A stretch of 64,000 nucleotides of DNA from Pelagomonas calceolata (GCA_918797485.1 CAKKNE010000002.1:4464001-4528000), one strand, 5' to 3'; shown: positions 47,851-60,020, counted from the first letter of the stretch. Translations and numbers: made by a program. Notes: a model not told the origin generated them from the sequence alone.

Positions 47851-48489
47851 ATGAGCGCCATCGTCCACCGAGATCTCATAGATGCCTCCGAGCTAGACAG
47901 CCTCCTGCAGCGGCTCACGACGGCGCAGAACGACAAGGAGCGTCTCCGGCACTTGAAAACCGCGGCGCGGAACTACACCTTCGACGGCGGCCAGATCGCG
48001 CGGTTGCTCGCACCGATGGCGGCCTCTCCGGCGGCGGCCGTCGAAGCCGCGGTCATGCTGCTGCGGCGCGCGGTGCCGCGGGCCGCTGATCCGGCGGCCG
48101 TCGAGACCGCGGTCGCAGCACTGGTTTACGACGAGCAGCGCGCGGACGTGAAAGCGAGGCTCGGCCTCGGCCCGGGCGACATCACGGACGCGGCCGAGCC
48201 CCTCGCGGTGAGCTCGACGGCGGCGGACGAGGCGCTCCGGGGCTTCGCCGACCGGTCGGGCGCCATCGCTCTCAACTGCCCGGCGGTCCCGACGGCCGAC
48301 GGCCGAGGCGTCACCATGAGCGTGCCGGTCAAAGTCATGTTCCATAATCCAGCGGACGACAACAAGGTCCGCTTCGCGATGATGGACGACGCGGCGTTCC
48401 GCGACACGTTCGGCATGGACCGCGGCGCCTTCGACGCGCTTCCGCAGTGGCGGCAGATCGCGCTGAAGAAGGAGAAGGGGTTGTTCTAA
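47851..48489 (+). CDS. DUF4476-like domain plus villin headpiece protein
   Basis: C-terminal MDDAAFRDTFGMDRGAFDALPQWRQIALKKEKGLF is a villin headpiece; the N-terminal helical domain call is weaker. Confidence 0.8.
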   Translation: MSAIVHRDLIDASELDSLLQRLTTAQNDKERLRHLKTAARNYTFDGGQIARLLAPMAASPAAAVEAAVMLLRRAVPRAADPAAVETAVAALVYDEQRADVKARLGLGPGDITDAAEPLAVSSTAADEALRGFADRSGAIALNCPAVPTADGRGVTMSVPVKVMFHNPADDNKVRFAMMDDAAFRDTFGMDRGAFDALPQWRQIALKKEKGLF

Positions 48490-48505
48490 GAAAATGTGTC
48501 AAAAC

Positions 48506-49603
48506 TTACGATGCCTGGCCCGCCCCGAAAATCTTCTTGCGCATGGCTGCTCGTGTCTCGTTGAGCCGCGCAGCCGCGTCGCCGGCCTTCTCCTTGATCT
48601 TCTCGCGGACCTTCTCACGTTTATGTTGGACGGAGTCCGCCAGGGCCGCCGTCATGACGCGCTTGACGACGAGCTTCTGGAAGTCGCGCATCGTGCCGCA
48701 GTAGGCCGCGACGCGCACGGCGTGGTCCAGGCGCACCTTGCGGCCCCTCAACGTGACGGCACACCGCTCGACCGCCAGCGACCCGATATGTATCAGCTCG
48801 TCGTCGAACGCAGGCCGGATCGTCGCGTACGTCTTCCTCAGGTCCTCCTGCAGCTCCTTTTGAGCGTGGTCGGCCGCTCTAGCCTGGACCCGCGCCGCGA
48901 CGCGCGCTTTGACGCGCTCCCGCGCCGCCTGCAGGCGCTCGGCGTAGGACTGCTTCCCCGGCGACGACGCCTCCGCCGCGTCCCAGTCCGCCGCCGCGCT
49001 CTCCATGTAGGCCTCGTGCTCGTCATCCGACTCCGAGTCTTCTCCATCGAGCGACCGGAGGAGCTCCAGCCGTTTCCGAACCGCGTCCTTGTCGTCGACG
49101 TGGAGTAAACGCCACCTTAATTCTTTCTCCAGGACTCGTCTTTTCTTGGCGGCCGACTTGGCCTTGAGGCGCGCGTCCCGTCGCTTCCAGAATGCGCCGT
49201 TGCCCTCGTCGACGACGACCGTGCACCCCTCGACGGCCACGTGCTCGATCATCTTGCCCCGGAAGCCCACGACCCAGGGCACGTGCATGCCCAATGAGAA
49301 AGTTTGCGGCCCCGCGAGGCTGAGTGTTCCCAGCACTCCAGTGGTGGTGCATCTCAAAATGTCGATGGTGGCGAAAGTCGTGGACGTGTCGCCCTTGACG
49401 ACCAGTCCTCTCAGCTCGAAGACGCCGGCGAGGGGCCGGACGACGAGCGTTTTTATCGATACGTCCGTGCCGAGTTCCTTGCGCATCTGTTTCAGGACCA
49501 TGGGTTTTACGACTAATAGTAGGAAAGCGTTATAGCTCACGATGCTCGCGCAGACGGCGGCGGCCGCCAGCTTTGGCAGCTCTCCTTCGAGCAGGGAGAG
49601 CAT
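48506..49603 (-). CDS. Membrane-anchored protein with AsmA/DUF748-like N-terminus
   Basis: TM followed by ELGTDVSIKTLVVRPLAGVFELRGLVV; charged C-terminal half. Confidence 0.55.
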   Translation of the reverse strand: MLSLLEGELPKLAAAAVCASIVSYNAFLLLVVKPMVLKQMRKELGTDVSIKTLVVRPLAGVFELRGLVVKGDTSTTFATIDILRCTTTGVLGTLSLAGPQTFSLGMHVPWVVGFRGKMIEHVAVEGCTVVVDEGNGAFWKRRDARLKAKSAAKKRRVLEKELRWRLLHVDDKDAVRKRLELLRSLDGEDSESDDEHEAYMESAAADWDAAEASSPGKQSYAERLQAARERVKARVAARVQARAADHAQKELQEDLRKTYATIRPAFDDELIHIGSLAVERCAVTLRGRKVRLDHAVRVAAYCGTMRDFQKLVVKRVMTAALADSVQHKREKVREKIKEKAGDAAARLNETRAAMRKKIFGAGQAS

Positions 49604-50265
49604 TTTAGCAGTCCCCCGGTCTTTCTCGCGGCACCAGGCCCAGCCAAACAAGCTCTCCCAAAGTGTGAAGGCTCTCCGTCAATTTGCAGCCAATTTTCGT
49701 GCTGGAACCGATGCGAATCGATGCTGGAGCAGTGATTTTCGTTCTTGAACGGGTCACTGGCTCATTGGCAGGGTCAGACGCCCCTCGAAGCCACAGACAA
49801 AAACCAGCCTGAGCTCCCCCTCGTCGATTTGAAATTTGGGACTCTTGCCCTGTCGCCGACGCATGCACGCGTCCATTGTACCGCGACGCATCCGTGTCGA
49901 ACGCTAGCGGGCATGTGACGCTAGCAATTTGGTGATTAACCTGTGTCGCTGATCGACAAGAGGGCCGTATAACAGCTCGAGGAGCAGCTCCAGCGGACTT
50001 TTCGGCACACGGCAGTGTCCAACAGACCTACAAGCGCTCGCCACTGCACTGACGCGCCGCCGCGAGGGTTAGCGACGGCGATTGAGCTCCTTTGTGTCGC
50101 TGGACAAGCCAGCCCGCAAAGCGAGCGAGACGCGGCAGCCGCGCACCCAAGAAGTTATTGGATCGCTGGCCAGCGCCGCCGCGCCGCCCTGCACCGCTGG
50201 GAGACGTGCAAAGAGAGACACTCGCCGCCGCGCACCGAACTCACCCACGACAAAACGCAGGCACC

Positions 50266-50853
50266 ATGGCCGAGACCGCGAGCGAGATCAAGCTCTTCGG
50301 CAAGTGGACCTACGACGATGTGGAGGTGAACGACATTTCCTTGGAGGACTACATCGCCGTGAAGGGCAAGCACAGCGTCTACCTGCCGCACACGGCCGGC
50401 CGCTACCAGAAGAAGCGCTTCCGCAAGGCCCTGTGCCCCATCACGGAGCGGCTGGCGTGCGCCCTCATGCGCAAGGGCCGCAACAACGGCAAGAAGCTGA
50501 AGGCAGTTCGGGTCGTGCAGTCGACCTTAGATATTGTGCACCTCCTCACGGACCAGAACCCGATGCAGGTGCTCGTCCAGGCTATTATTCAGGCCGGGCC
50601 CCGCGAGGACTCGACGCGAGTTGGTTCGGCGGGCGTCGTGCGGCGGCAGGCGGTCGACATGTCGCCGTTCCGGAGGGTGAACATGGCCCTGTACCTACTC
50701 TGCACGGGCGCGCGCGAGGCGGCCTTCCGCAACGTGAAGACCATCGCCGAGTGCCTCGCCGACGAGATCATCAACGCGGCGCGCGGCTCGTCGAACAGCT
50801 ACGCGATCAAGAAGAAGGACGAGATCGAGCGCGTCGCCAAGGCGAACCGATAG
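50266..50853 (+). CDS. RPS5: 40S ribosomal protein S5 (uS7)
   Basis: [50 protein letters not shown]. Confidence 0.97.
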   Translation: MAETASEIKLFGKWTYDDVEVNDISLEDYIAVKGKHSVYLPHTAGRYQKKRFRKALCPITERLACALMRKGRNNGKKLKAVRVVQSTLDIVHLLTDQNPMQVLVQAIIQAGPREDSTRVGSAGVVRRQAVDMSPFRRVNMALYLLCTGAREAAFRNVKTIAECLADEIINAARGSSNSYAIKKKDEIERVAKANR

Positions 50854-50922
50854 GCAGTTCCATTGTTGGGTAACGTGGTTCGTTCACAAATAGTCGCGTC
50901 GATGGCGTAGTTAGGAACTTAG

Positions 50923-51780
50923 TCACCGCTGCCGCTTCGTCGCCGTCGCGAGGATGTGGGGCCGGAACGGCAGCGGCATGGCGTCCGCCGAGAAGGGCTC
51001 GACCCTCAAATCCTCGAAGTCCCAGGAGGCTCTCAAGATCTTCTCCGTGTCGCGCCACTGGCAGCCGTTGCCCACGATCTCGAGGATCGGCGCCAGCGTC
51101 TTCTGCAAGTAGCGCAGCGGTGTTCCCTCAGGCGCCGCGACGTGCTCCATCAGCAAGAGCGTGCCGCCCGGCTTCAACGCGCGCGCGGCCTGCTGCAGGA
51201 CCATCGACGGATCCTCGACACTACAAAGCACGTGCGTAAAATACGCCGCGTCGAACGTACCCGACGCGACGTCCAATTCCAACGTCTCGGCCTTGTACCA
51301 CCGCGTCGAGCGGACCATGCTCGCGTCGAGGTCCTTGGCCGCCTCGTCCTGCATCTCCCTGAAATATGAATTGGGCTCGATGCCGACCCAGGACTTCGGC
51401 GCGGTTCCATTTTCAAAGCACTTGAAGGTCGTCCCGGGGCCGGGGCCGAACTCGATGACGTTCAGGCCGGCCAGTTTCGTGGAGAGGCCTAACCTCTCGC
51501 AGCGCGGCGGGAGCATGGCTGGGTCACTCGACAGCTTTTGACACAACTTCGAGAAGAAGCTGTCCTGGAGGTCCTTGTTGGACTTGAGGGCGACAAGGAA
51601 GCCGGCCATGAGTACGTTCATTACTACACACGACCAGGTGAGGAACCTGAGGACCTTCCCGACCTTGCCCGTGCGCGGGAAGAACATCCTCGCAGAAATA
51701 ATGACGACGAGCGCTGCTGAGAGGAAGCTCAAGGCGACGGGCGGTACGCAGCAGGGGCAGACGCCGAGGTTCAGAGTCAT
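50923..51780 (-). CDS. Membrane-anchored SAM methyltransferase (METTL7-like)
   Basis: VIEFGPGPG motif I, GIEPN, VLCSVEDP, LKPGGTLLLMEHV, GNGC; two N-terminal TM segments. Confidence 0.85.
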   Translation of the reverse strand: MTLNLGVCPCCVPPVALSFLSAALVVIISARMFFPRTGKVGKVLRFLTWSCVVMNVLMAGFLVALKSNKDLQDSFFSKLCQKLSSDPAMLPPRCERLGLSTKLAGLNVIEFGPGPGTTFKCFENGTAPKSWVGIEPNSYFREMQDEAAKDLDASMVRSTRWYKAETLELDVASGTFDAAYFTHVLCSVEDPSMVLQQAARALKPGGTLLLMEHVAAPEGTPLRYLQKTLAPILEIVGNGCQWRDTEKILRASWDFEDLRVEPFSADAMPLPFRPHILATATKRQR

Positions 51781-52354
51781 TGTTGCTGCCGGTGCGGTGT
51801 TTGCTGCCGGTGCGGTTTTTGCTGCCGTGTGGTGTTTGGGCAGTCTCTGCTCTACAGCTTTGGGTGGCGCTAGAAAGGGGCTTAGTGCTGCGGGCTGCCC
51901 GCAGAAGCTTGTGCAGCGCCCTTGGCGAGTAGGCAAGGCTGCCCGCACGGTGTTTTAGAGCCCAAACGGTGCGTCGGCGCCGTGAGCTCGAGCTGAAAAG
52001 CAAGAGATTGCCATTGAAAAAGCTACTAGAAAACGCGGCAAGAGATAGCAATTACCCACGCCGACGGCAAGAGATAGCCATTAACCGTCGAAAACGGCAG
52101 AAGACAACAATCCGGAAACGTCCTCGCGCGCCGCCGTTGGAAAATGAGCCCGCGCGACGGGGAGCCAAGGGAGCGTGCACAGGAGTCCCCAACGCCGTCG
52201 ACGCGGCCTGCCTAGGGTAGTCTAAATTCCTTCGTCGGTATGACTTTACACACTGCTTTCGGTTTGCGGCGGACCTTCTCGGTCGGCCGCAGGGGAAGGG
52301 AGCGAGCGATTCTAAGGGGCGTCTCCGCGCGTGCGGCCGGAGACGGCAAGGAGT

Positions 52355-53626
52355 CTAGGCCGCGACGGCCTCCTCGGTTTGTGCTCTTCTGGCATCGTCG
52401 AGCTCGCACGCCGCGCGCGTCGCCTTGACCAAGCGACTGACGGCCCGCGTCACGTCCACAGCATCGGCGTAGCGCTGCAGGAAGCGCTGGGCCGCGGCGT
52501 TGGACTGTAACGCGCGCGCGAGGTCGCCCTCCGTCGCGGCCAGCCGCCCGCGCCAGCGGTGGGCCACGCCGCCGCCGAGGACTCTTGCTACAGTGTCGTC
52601 GGGGGCGTCGTCAAAACGTTGCAGGCAAGTGCGAGCGTACGCCTCCAGCGCGTCGAAGGCGTCCTGCTCCGTCGCCGCGTCGAAGGCGTCCATGATGACG
52701 GGGACGCCATGCGCGGCGATGAGGCCGGCACACCTTGCTAATGCCCATGATCTCAGTTCACCACCATCAAAATCTCGCGGCCGTCCGAGAGGTAGGTCGC
52801 CCGGTTCATCGGCGTTGAATCGACGCATGGTAGAGAAAGCTAAAGTGGTATGCATGCCGTTGACGAGCTGGAGCTTTCTGTCCGAGAGAAAGGCCGCAGC
52901 AGCATGACTCGTAGGCGCGTGGACCTCGGCCCCGAAGGCCTCGCCGAAGGGCGGCGGCTTCTTCCGGTTTATGCGAGGATCGAGGGAAGCGATGACGCCG
53001 CCCCACGACTCGCACGACATGCGGATCGTACCTCGCGTAGCATCTACACTTCTCTTCGTCGACACGCGATCGACGACGCAGTCCACCACATCGACGCGAT
53101 CGCCCAGCTCGTCTCGCAATGCAACAACGGCCGAGTGGTCGTTCTCGCAGCAGTACAGAGTTTTTTTGTCGGTAGAACCCGCTTTCGAAGCACACTCGAA
53201 CAAGTGCGTCATCACGGGGTTCAGGAAGGGCCCCAACGAACACGAGACCGTCGTCGCTCTGGCCAGCGTCGCGCCGAGGGCCTCGACGTCATCTGTTACG
53301 ATGAGACTCGCGCCGCTCGCCGCCGCGAGCCCGTCGTGGAAATCTAAAGTAGTGACGTGCTCGTCGTTGACCAGCACGTCGATGTTTTGCCTTCCTTTTT
53401 CGAGGAGGCCGGCCCAGGCCGGGTCCTTCGGGGTGTCTAAAACAGCGAAGTCGTGGTTTTTGTCGGCGAGCGCGGGCACTACTAACGAGAGGCCGAGCTT
53501 GCCCGCGCCGACGTGGACGTGGTAGGGCTTGGGCGTCGGCGCGAGGGCGCGCGCCGACCGCGCCGACGCTATTAGTAAGAGCGCGCTGCGGCTGGGCGCC
53601 AAGCAGGATCTCGATCTCCGCGCCAT
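52355..53626 (-). CDS. Mannitol-1-phosphate dehydrogenase family protein with presequence
   Basis: HVGAGKLG, CCEND, DCVVDRV, RKLQLVNGMHTTLAF (catalytic Lys/Asn of long-chain mannitol dehydrogenases). Confidence 0.8.
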   Translation of the reverse strand: MARRSRSCLAPSRSALLLIASARSARALAPTPKPYHVHVGAGKLGLSLVVPALADKNHDFAVLDTPKDPAWAGLLEKGRQNIDVLVNDEHVTTLDFHDGLAAASGASLIVTDDVEALGATLARATTVSCSLGPFLNPVMTHLFECASKAGSTDKKTLYCCENDHSAVVALRDELGDRVDVVDCVVDRVSTKRSVDATRGTIRMSCESWGGVIASLDPRINRKKPPPFGEAFGAEVHAPTSHAAAAFLSDRKLQLVNGMHTTLAFSTMRRFNADEPGDLPLGRPRDFDGGELRSWALARCAGLIAAHGVPVIMDAFDAATEQDAFDALEAYARTCLQRFDDAPDDTVARVLGGGVAHRWRGRLAATEGDLARALQSNAAAQRFLQRYADAVDVTRAVSRLVKATRAACELDDARRAQTEEAVAA

Positions 53627-54058
53627 CGTTTGAGCTCGCGCCGCGGATACGGCGGTTTGGCTGTACAAGAGCGCCTCACGGGCGGTCTTTTACCAGTTTT
53701 AAGCTGGTCGGGCCGCGCACGCTGCCCTCCTGCTCGGTGATGATCCGCTCTAGAAACCTGATTTGCGGCCTCCAAAAGCGCCCGGGGGCTCTCGCCAGCC
53801 CCCCTTGCAGTCGGCTGGAGGCCTCTGGGAGGGCTGCCGTAGGCCGAGGGGAAACAGGGTGCATTTTTATCACAGTAGGTTCCTAGATCCACCTGCTAGT
53901 ATCCTTCCCCTTTAACTGTCGTCAGCAAGCGCGAACCAGGAACCTCCCGACGCATAGGTCTCCGGAAACAGTACAACGCATCACTTTGACGCCATAAAGG
54001 CAGCAACTCATTGGGCTAATTGCTGCTCAGGAATTACTACGAGGAATATTGCGAAAAA

Positions 54059-54805
54059 ATGGCTGCGGACCTTCAGAAGACCGTCGAAATCGTCCAGTCA
54101 TCATGGCAGAAGATCGTTGCAATCAGCGCTTGAAATCTCTCAATTTTTGTCGGAGAGGCTGCAAAAAAGGCTGCGGTTTGACGCGCGTCGAGCACAAACG
54201 CAGCGGTCGTGGTCGCCCCGCGACGCGGCGAAGGCGCAGAACGCGTCGCGCCGCGGAAATCGCGACCGGCGCGATCCGCGCGGGACGCGGCGGTCCGACG
54301 TCGGGATGAGTCAAGATCCTCACTTGCAGCCGGCGCACCCCGCGACGCGCGAGGCCACGACGGCCGCGACGGTCGAGCGCCCTCGCAGGTCGACGCGGGC
54401 GTGACGCACGAGGCGGCCGGCGTCATCCTGTTCAAGCACATCTTCCGCATCGCGCCGCAGGCGCTGCCGCTCTTCAGCTTCGGCCGGGTCGAGGGCGCCG
54501 AGGTCAACGACGCGCTCTTCGCGCAGGAGGCCCTCAAGGCGCACGCGACTAAGGTTGTGGCCACGGTCGAGACGGCCGTCGGCATGCTCACGAAGCTCGA
54601 CGAGCTCGTGCCGATCCTGACGAGCCTCGGCACGAAGCACGTCGGCTACGGCGTCGTGCCGGAGCACTACGCGATCGTCGGCGAGGCGCTGATCGCGACG
54701 CTTGGCGACGCCCTGGGCGACGCCTTCGACGCCGAGACGAAGGCCGCGTGGGTGGCCGTGTACGGCATCGTGCAGAAGACGATGATCGGGGACAACTACA
54801 ACTAG
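54059..54805 (+). CDS. Single-domain 3/3 globin
   Basis: ATG 54059 MAADLQKTVEIVQSSWQKI, intron 54116-54388, VDAG...LPLFSF (CD1), KAHATKV (E7 His), LGTKHVGYGV (F8 His), KAAW. Confidence 0.9.
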
Positions 54806-55118
54806 CCGGTGCCAGCTGGCGGAGTGAATCTCAACACGACCACTAGTGTTCCGAGTAATCTGATGATGATGATGCTACTTTTGGAAGCCCACCGCACCGC
54901 AGAGCCCGGCGCTGGGGGATGCGCCTTGCCGACGGTTTTCGCCGGCACAAGCCTCGGCAGCCCCTCCACGACGCCCCCAGAACAAAAAGACGCCTCGCCG
55001 ACGCCCGCCAGGAACCCGACCTCTGGCACAGCGGCGCAAGAGAGCGGAGCGCTAAAGCAGGCCGCAGGCGCTGCCCGAGCCCACACAAGGCGCCATGGAG
55101 ACCACCCCCGGGTCAACC

Positions 55119-57729
55119 ATGGCCGCCCCGCCCTTATCGGAGGGCGGCACGACGACCTACCGCGAGCTCAATAGGGACAAGACGCGCCTGCCGCGGTGGA
55201 TGGACGACGTGATGCACCGGAAGCCGCGCTGGGCCTCCGACGCGTACAACGACGAGCCCGCTTCCGTCACGGAAGGTGTAAGGACTCAAAGAGCTAGGCA
55301 TGCCGCGGTCTTCGAGGAGCTGCGACGGCAAGTGCGCGTGCACTCGCCCCAGTTGTCGAAGCTGCTCGGGAAAGTGTGGCTCGGCGAGGACGAGCTCGTG
55401 AAGAAACTTTGTGTGGAGGCGGACAAGGTCCACGATACGATCGTATCGAGTCAGAAGGAGCGTTCAGAATTGATCAAGCAGTCGAAGAAAGCACTGTCTA
55501 TCGTTGAGAGGCAATTGGCCGACGTCAAGTATGAGCTAGCTGTATCGAAAGCCACTTTACGTGAAAGAGAAGCGGAGTGCGCGTCGAACAAGTCCCTCGT
55601 GGAAAGTCTCAACGAGGAGCTCGGAGCTCTGCGGGAGCAAGTGGGCAAATACGTCGAGGGCCACGTCGACGACATCGGGGACCGGTACGAAGCTTTGAAG
55701 GCTGAGAGGATGAAGCTCATGACGGAGGAGGACCCTGCCACGGGCGAAGCCTATCCCCTCGCCGAGATCGAACGACTCGCGAAGAATCGCCTGCAAGGCG
55801 TCTTCGAGATGAACGACGAAGTGGACGAGATCCTCGCGAAGTGCCAACGCAGTCACGACTCGCTGAAGCATGGTCTGAGGGATCTGACGGGATTGGTCGC
55901 TAGTGTCGACCCCGACGACTTCCGCGTGTCCAAGTCCTACAAACTCAAGAAGAAGCCGTCTACTGACGTTGGTTGTCAACATGTTACGATTAAGGTGGAA
56001 GGTGTTCGTGTCAATAAATCCTTACCACCACCTGTTGTTGAGGAGCCGGCGGAAGAAGGTCTCACGATGCCTCTGTTGCTGCGGAAGCAGATGTGCGAGT
56101 TCCCTCCCTCCCAAAGGATACCGTCGTTGCAAGCTACTTTGAGACTTATATTATCGTTATATCTGGAAAAACTCATGTATGACAAGCTCTGCGACGCGAA
56201 CCACAAACGAAGGGTGGAACTGGGCGCGTTTCCCCACAAATATCTACTGAAGAAGTTCGGGCTGCAGAATTTGGCGGACGAGCAATGTACGCAGCTCGTG
56301 GCCGCTGTCGCGTACCACAAGGACGAGTCGAAGCGAGTTAGACTATTTGGTGAGTATTTAGGGATGGGCGACTTCGCGAGGCCGCCGGTCTATGGCGTGC
56401 GCGATGGGAACTTCGTCTTCGGTATTTTGGTCGCTTTACGCAAGGCGAACGAGTTCACGGAGGCGGTTTGTAGCGGCGTCCGTTCACGAGTCGACGCGAG
56501 TCGCGCGTCGCGTCGATGGCGTCAAGAGTGGCGGCAGCAGTCCGGCCGACGCTCGCGCTGGCGCCCACGCCGTCGCCGCGACGGCATGCCACAGCGAGTG
56601 TGTCGACACGACGTACGCCATCGACGCGTCGACGAGGGGATTCCCACGCGTTTGACGCACACAGGTCCTCCAGGACAAGGACCAGCAGATCGACATTAAC
56701 CGGAAGAAAGCTGTTGATGTGATGCGGGCGTGCTTTAAGCCGATCCTGCCGGACCAGGGCGCGAAACTACTACACCGAGTGCAGAACCTACCCCCACCTA
56801 GTGTGTCGAGAAATCCGAAGTGCATCGATCTCGACGATCTCTTAGAATTAACCCACAACACCTGGGCAACCACGTCAAGGAACTGGCGCACGCATCTCGA
56901 GTTCTTATATGCACGACATGCCAACCTCTACCGAGTCAAGGAAGAAATGCGTTTCGCGAATGACAATGGGATACTGTCGCAGGACGTCATCCTGGTCCAA
57001 GAAGAACGGGCGAAGAACTACACGCTGCGAGATGCGCGTAGACCTCTCTACGACCTCCAGCAACAAGGCGACGTCGTGTCGCAGCTGATGAAGGAACGGG
57101 CGTCGATGGACGACGACGATCTCCACGGCAAGAAGCGGCCGGAGCTGGTGGCGGCCATGCCCTTCGAAGCGTTCGATGCTTGTATCCGGGAGATAGATCC
57201 CTATGTCGAGGAAAATGATATTCGAAGGATTTTTGACGATTGTAAAAAATTACAAACGCATCGCATCGAGACGTCGTTCCGGGAATTATGGGTCAGACAT
57301 GAACTTGTTGATGGTGTCGCGAATATCAACCAGCCTCCGGATGAGGAACCGGTCCTCTCGAAATTGATGCGAGGCGTGGAACCTTCGTTCGAGACCACGC
57401 GGAAGATGAAGGCGTTACCTCGCATGAAATCGCCGAAAAAACGCAAAGAAGGTTTTGATGTCCCAAGGGCGGAAGATCCCGAGGACCCCCACGCGGCCTA
57501 CTTCTGGTACAGCAAAGAGTTCGAGACGAGCGTCTGGACGCCGCCGTGGGACCCGAAGCTGTTCGAGGTGCAGGAGGTCGAGCGGGACGTGTTCTTGGAG
57601 GTGTGCTTGGACGAGTTCTTGCTTCCCAACTCGCCCTTTGGCTCATTATTGGACAAGCTGCCGACGGACCTCTGGCCGAACGCGGAGGCGTACCTGGAGC
57701 AGCTCGAGGGGGGCGAGACGCTGTTCTAA
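55119..57729 (+). CDS. Coiled-coil protein resembling axonemal dynein light chain/TSNAXIP1-like ciliary proteins
   Basis: VFEELRRQVRVHSPQLSKLL segment; YLLKKFGL...RVRLFGEYLG; intron 56466-56664 joins frames; start uncertain (55095 or 55119). Confidence 0.6.
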
Positions 57730-57776
57730 GTTACTAGTACTGAACGAAGACGATTACACGATGCCATCTCAGGCAT

Positions 57777-58556
57777 CTATTCCTCCTGCCGGCGGCGCTT
57801 CTGCACCAATCCAGCCAGGTTCGACTCGGAGGGAGGTCGCCGCTGGCCCGGCCGTTTTCGCGCTCTTATTAACGCGGCGAGCTGGGTCGTCTCGACGTCT
57901 TGCACGTGGCACAGCGCCCTCAACACCAGCGCCCGGACCTGTGTGGAAATCGCGTCGTCCTCCACGCCATCGACGCGACGCCTGCTCGATGGCGTGGCGA
58001 TGCCGGTTCCTCGCCGCTCGACGGAGCCAGCACGGCCGCATCATCACCGAGAAATGACTTAGTGGTTGATTTCCACACAGGCCCGGACGTGGATCTGTTC
58101 CTCGTCGTCCAACCCGCTCAACAAAAACGTGAGGCCGCGGCGCGGGTGCTCCTCCTCCTCCTGCGCGTGTATGAGGTCGCGGCGATGGCGTACGGGTGCC
58201 CCCAGACACAAGGACGCCGCGGACCGCACGAGTTCCCCGATCGTCACGCCCGCCGCGGCGCTGGCGAGCCACGACCGCGGCAGCGCCACGGGGCAGGGCG
58301 TGAGGCGCATGCTCGTCAGGCTTCGTAATGACGTCGCCCGCGAGACGCCGCGCGGCGGCTCGCCCACGAGCTTCCAGGGCTCGATCGGCGCCTGGCCCAC
58401 GATCAGCAGCCGCAGCGTCGACTGCATGGTGTGCGCACTCATGCTCTGCTCGTGCGCGCTGTCGGCGAGTTCTTCCAGCGGCGTCGAGGCGAGCGCGTAG
58501 TTGTGCGGCGGCGACGCCGGCCGCGCCGCGGGCGCTTTCTGCAGGAAGTTGCCCAT
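57777..58556 (-). CDS. Uncharacterised small protein, 2 introns
   Basis: ATG 58556 (MGNFLQK); introns 58161-58229 and 57939-58088 (QIH|VRALVL). Confidence 0.6.
57939..58080. mobile_element. Internally deleted introner (142 nt)
   Basis: Perfect 8-bp TSD GCCCGGAC; TIRs; core nearly identical to 33692-33802. Confidence 0.93.
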
Positions 58557-59079
58557 TGGCTTGTTCTGGCCAGTGTGTCCTGTGGGCTTTGTTGTGCCGG
58601 GGGCAGCCGTACTTGTAGCGCGGCGGCCCCAGCTGGCTGCCTTAGACCTCTGCTGCGGTTTTTGGCTATTTTCGCGGCGGCTGCTGGCCGTGCGCGGGCC
58701 CAATTAAGACAGTATCCTCCCCCCTGGTTGTTCTGCCTCGATCTATGACCTGTCCTTGACCCTCCACGTCAGCCACAAAAAAGAGGCGCGTGCGAGGGCT
58801 CCGGCCCGGGCCCGGGCCCCGGGACTCGTTGCGGTACGAGTGTGGGCGTCTTGGGCCCCCGCGGGCGCGGTGGGCGCGCGGCGACCGCCGGCGGTCGAAC
58901 GGCGCTTGACCTCGCTGAAGAGACATGCAGTAACTCTTTCCGGGCACGACTGCGCCAGGAGAAGCCCGATCGCGGAGGTCGCATTTGGAGATGGCTGGCG
59001 CACACGACGCCACAGGCTGCGGATTACACCTCTCAAAAAGCCAAAGAGATCGAATACATAGCGTCAGCTGATCGCATCC

Positions 59080-59940
59080 ATGCCCTTCTTCAGCTCCGCA
59101 CCGCCGCCGCCGCCGCCGCCGAGCTGGGAGATCGATGCAGCCCTGCAGCACGACTTTGCCAAGGCTTGTGCGATAGTAATCGCCGTGTCATTGACGACGC
59201 ATATGATCGCGCGGTTCCTGCCGCTCCACGACGTCAAAACACTACAACAACGAAAGACAATAACGCTAGAGCATCGCGTCGAGGCCGGCGAACGCTTATT
59301 GCTCACGCCGTTCTGGACCGTCATAGCGTATCTCGCAATAAACGCAACTTTAGAATTGAAAGGCTCGCGAGACCTACGCTGGCACGGCGCCACGTTTTAT
59401 TCAAGGTGGTGCTCGCTGCTCTACTGTGCGAAGATGGCGGTCGACGTCCCTTTGAGTGCCTACGAATTAAGAGAGAAACGATCCGCGCAGCTCATGATGG
59501 TCGCGCACCACCTGTTGTCATTTGTGGCCATCGGCTGCGGGCTAGCGACGAAGCGCTGCGCGTTTTTTGCCTGTATGGCATTGTGCGCGGAGGCCTCGAC
59601 GCCGTTCCTCAACAATATTACCGCAGCCAAGCTCTTTGGCGGGCAGCGAGGGGCCGATTCGCTCCTTCATTTCCTCTCCGGTATTATGCTGTGGATCGCC
59701 TACGTACCTTTTAGGATGGTCAATTTTCCAATTTGGCTGTGGGTGTGGTCCTCGGATATACAGAGTGATCCATTAAACACATCACAAAGGTGCACGTGGT
59801 TCGAGCTCGCCTTCCACCCGGGTGTCATCCTGTTGCTCTTGTACCTGTCGAGCGTCTGGTTCGTGGCCATCACGAAAGGATGCGTCAAGGGCATCCGGAA
59901 AGCTTTCCAGGCGCCGAGCCGCGTCGCCAAGGACGATTGA
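59080..59940 (+). CDS. TLC (TRAM/LAG1/CLN8) domain membrane protein
   Basis: MVAHHLLS, AEASTPFLN, FRMV; multiple TM segments. Confidence 0.85.
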   Translation: MPFFSSAPPPPPPPSWEIDAALQHDFAKACAIVIAVSLTTHMIARFLPLHDVKTLQQRKTITLEHRVEAGERLLLTPFWTVIAYLAINATLELKGSRDLRWHGATFYSRWCSLLYCAKMAVDVPLSAYELREKRSAQLMMVAHHLLSFVAIGCGLATKRCAFFACMALCAEASTPFLNNITAAKLFGGQRGADSLLHFLSGIMLWIAYVPFRMVNFPIWLWVWSSDIQSDPLNTSQRCTWFELAFHPGVILLLLYLSSVWFVAITKGCVKGIRKAFQAPSRVAKDD

Positions 59941-60020
59941 GGGCCGGGGGCGTGGCCGCTAGGTGTGAGTGTACTAAGATTAAACGAAACAAGACTTAGC
60001 GAGCGGCGATGCGTGCGGCG

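Noticed and set aside
51783..51838. 18-nt tandem repeat upstream of the methyltransferase
   Set aside because: Short 5' UTR minisatellite with no further evidence of function.
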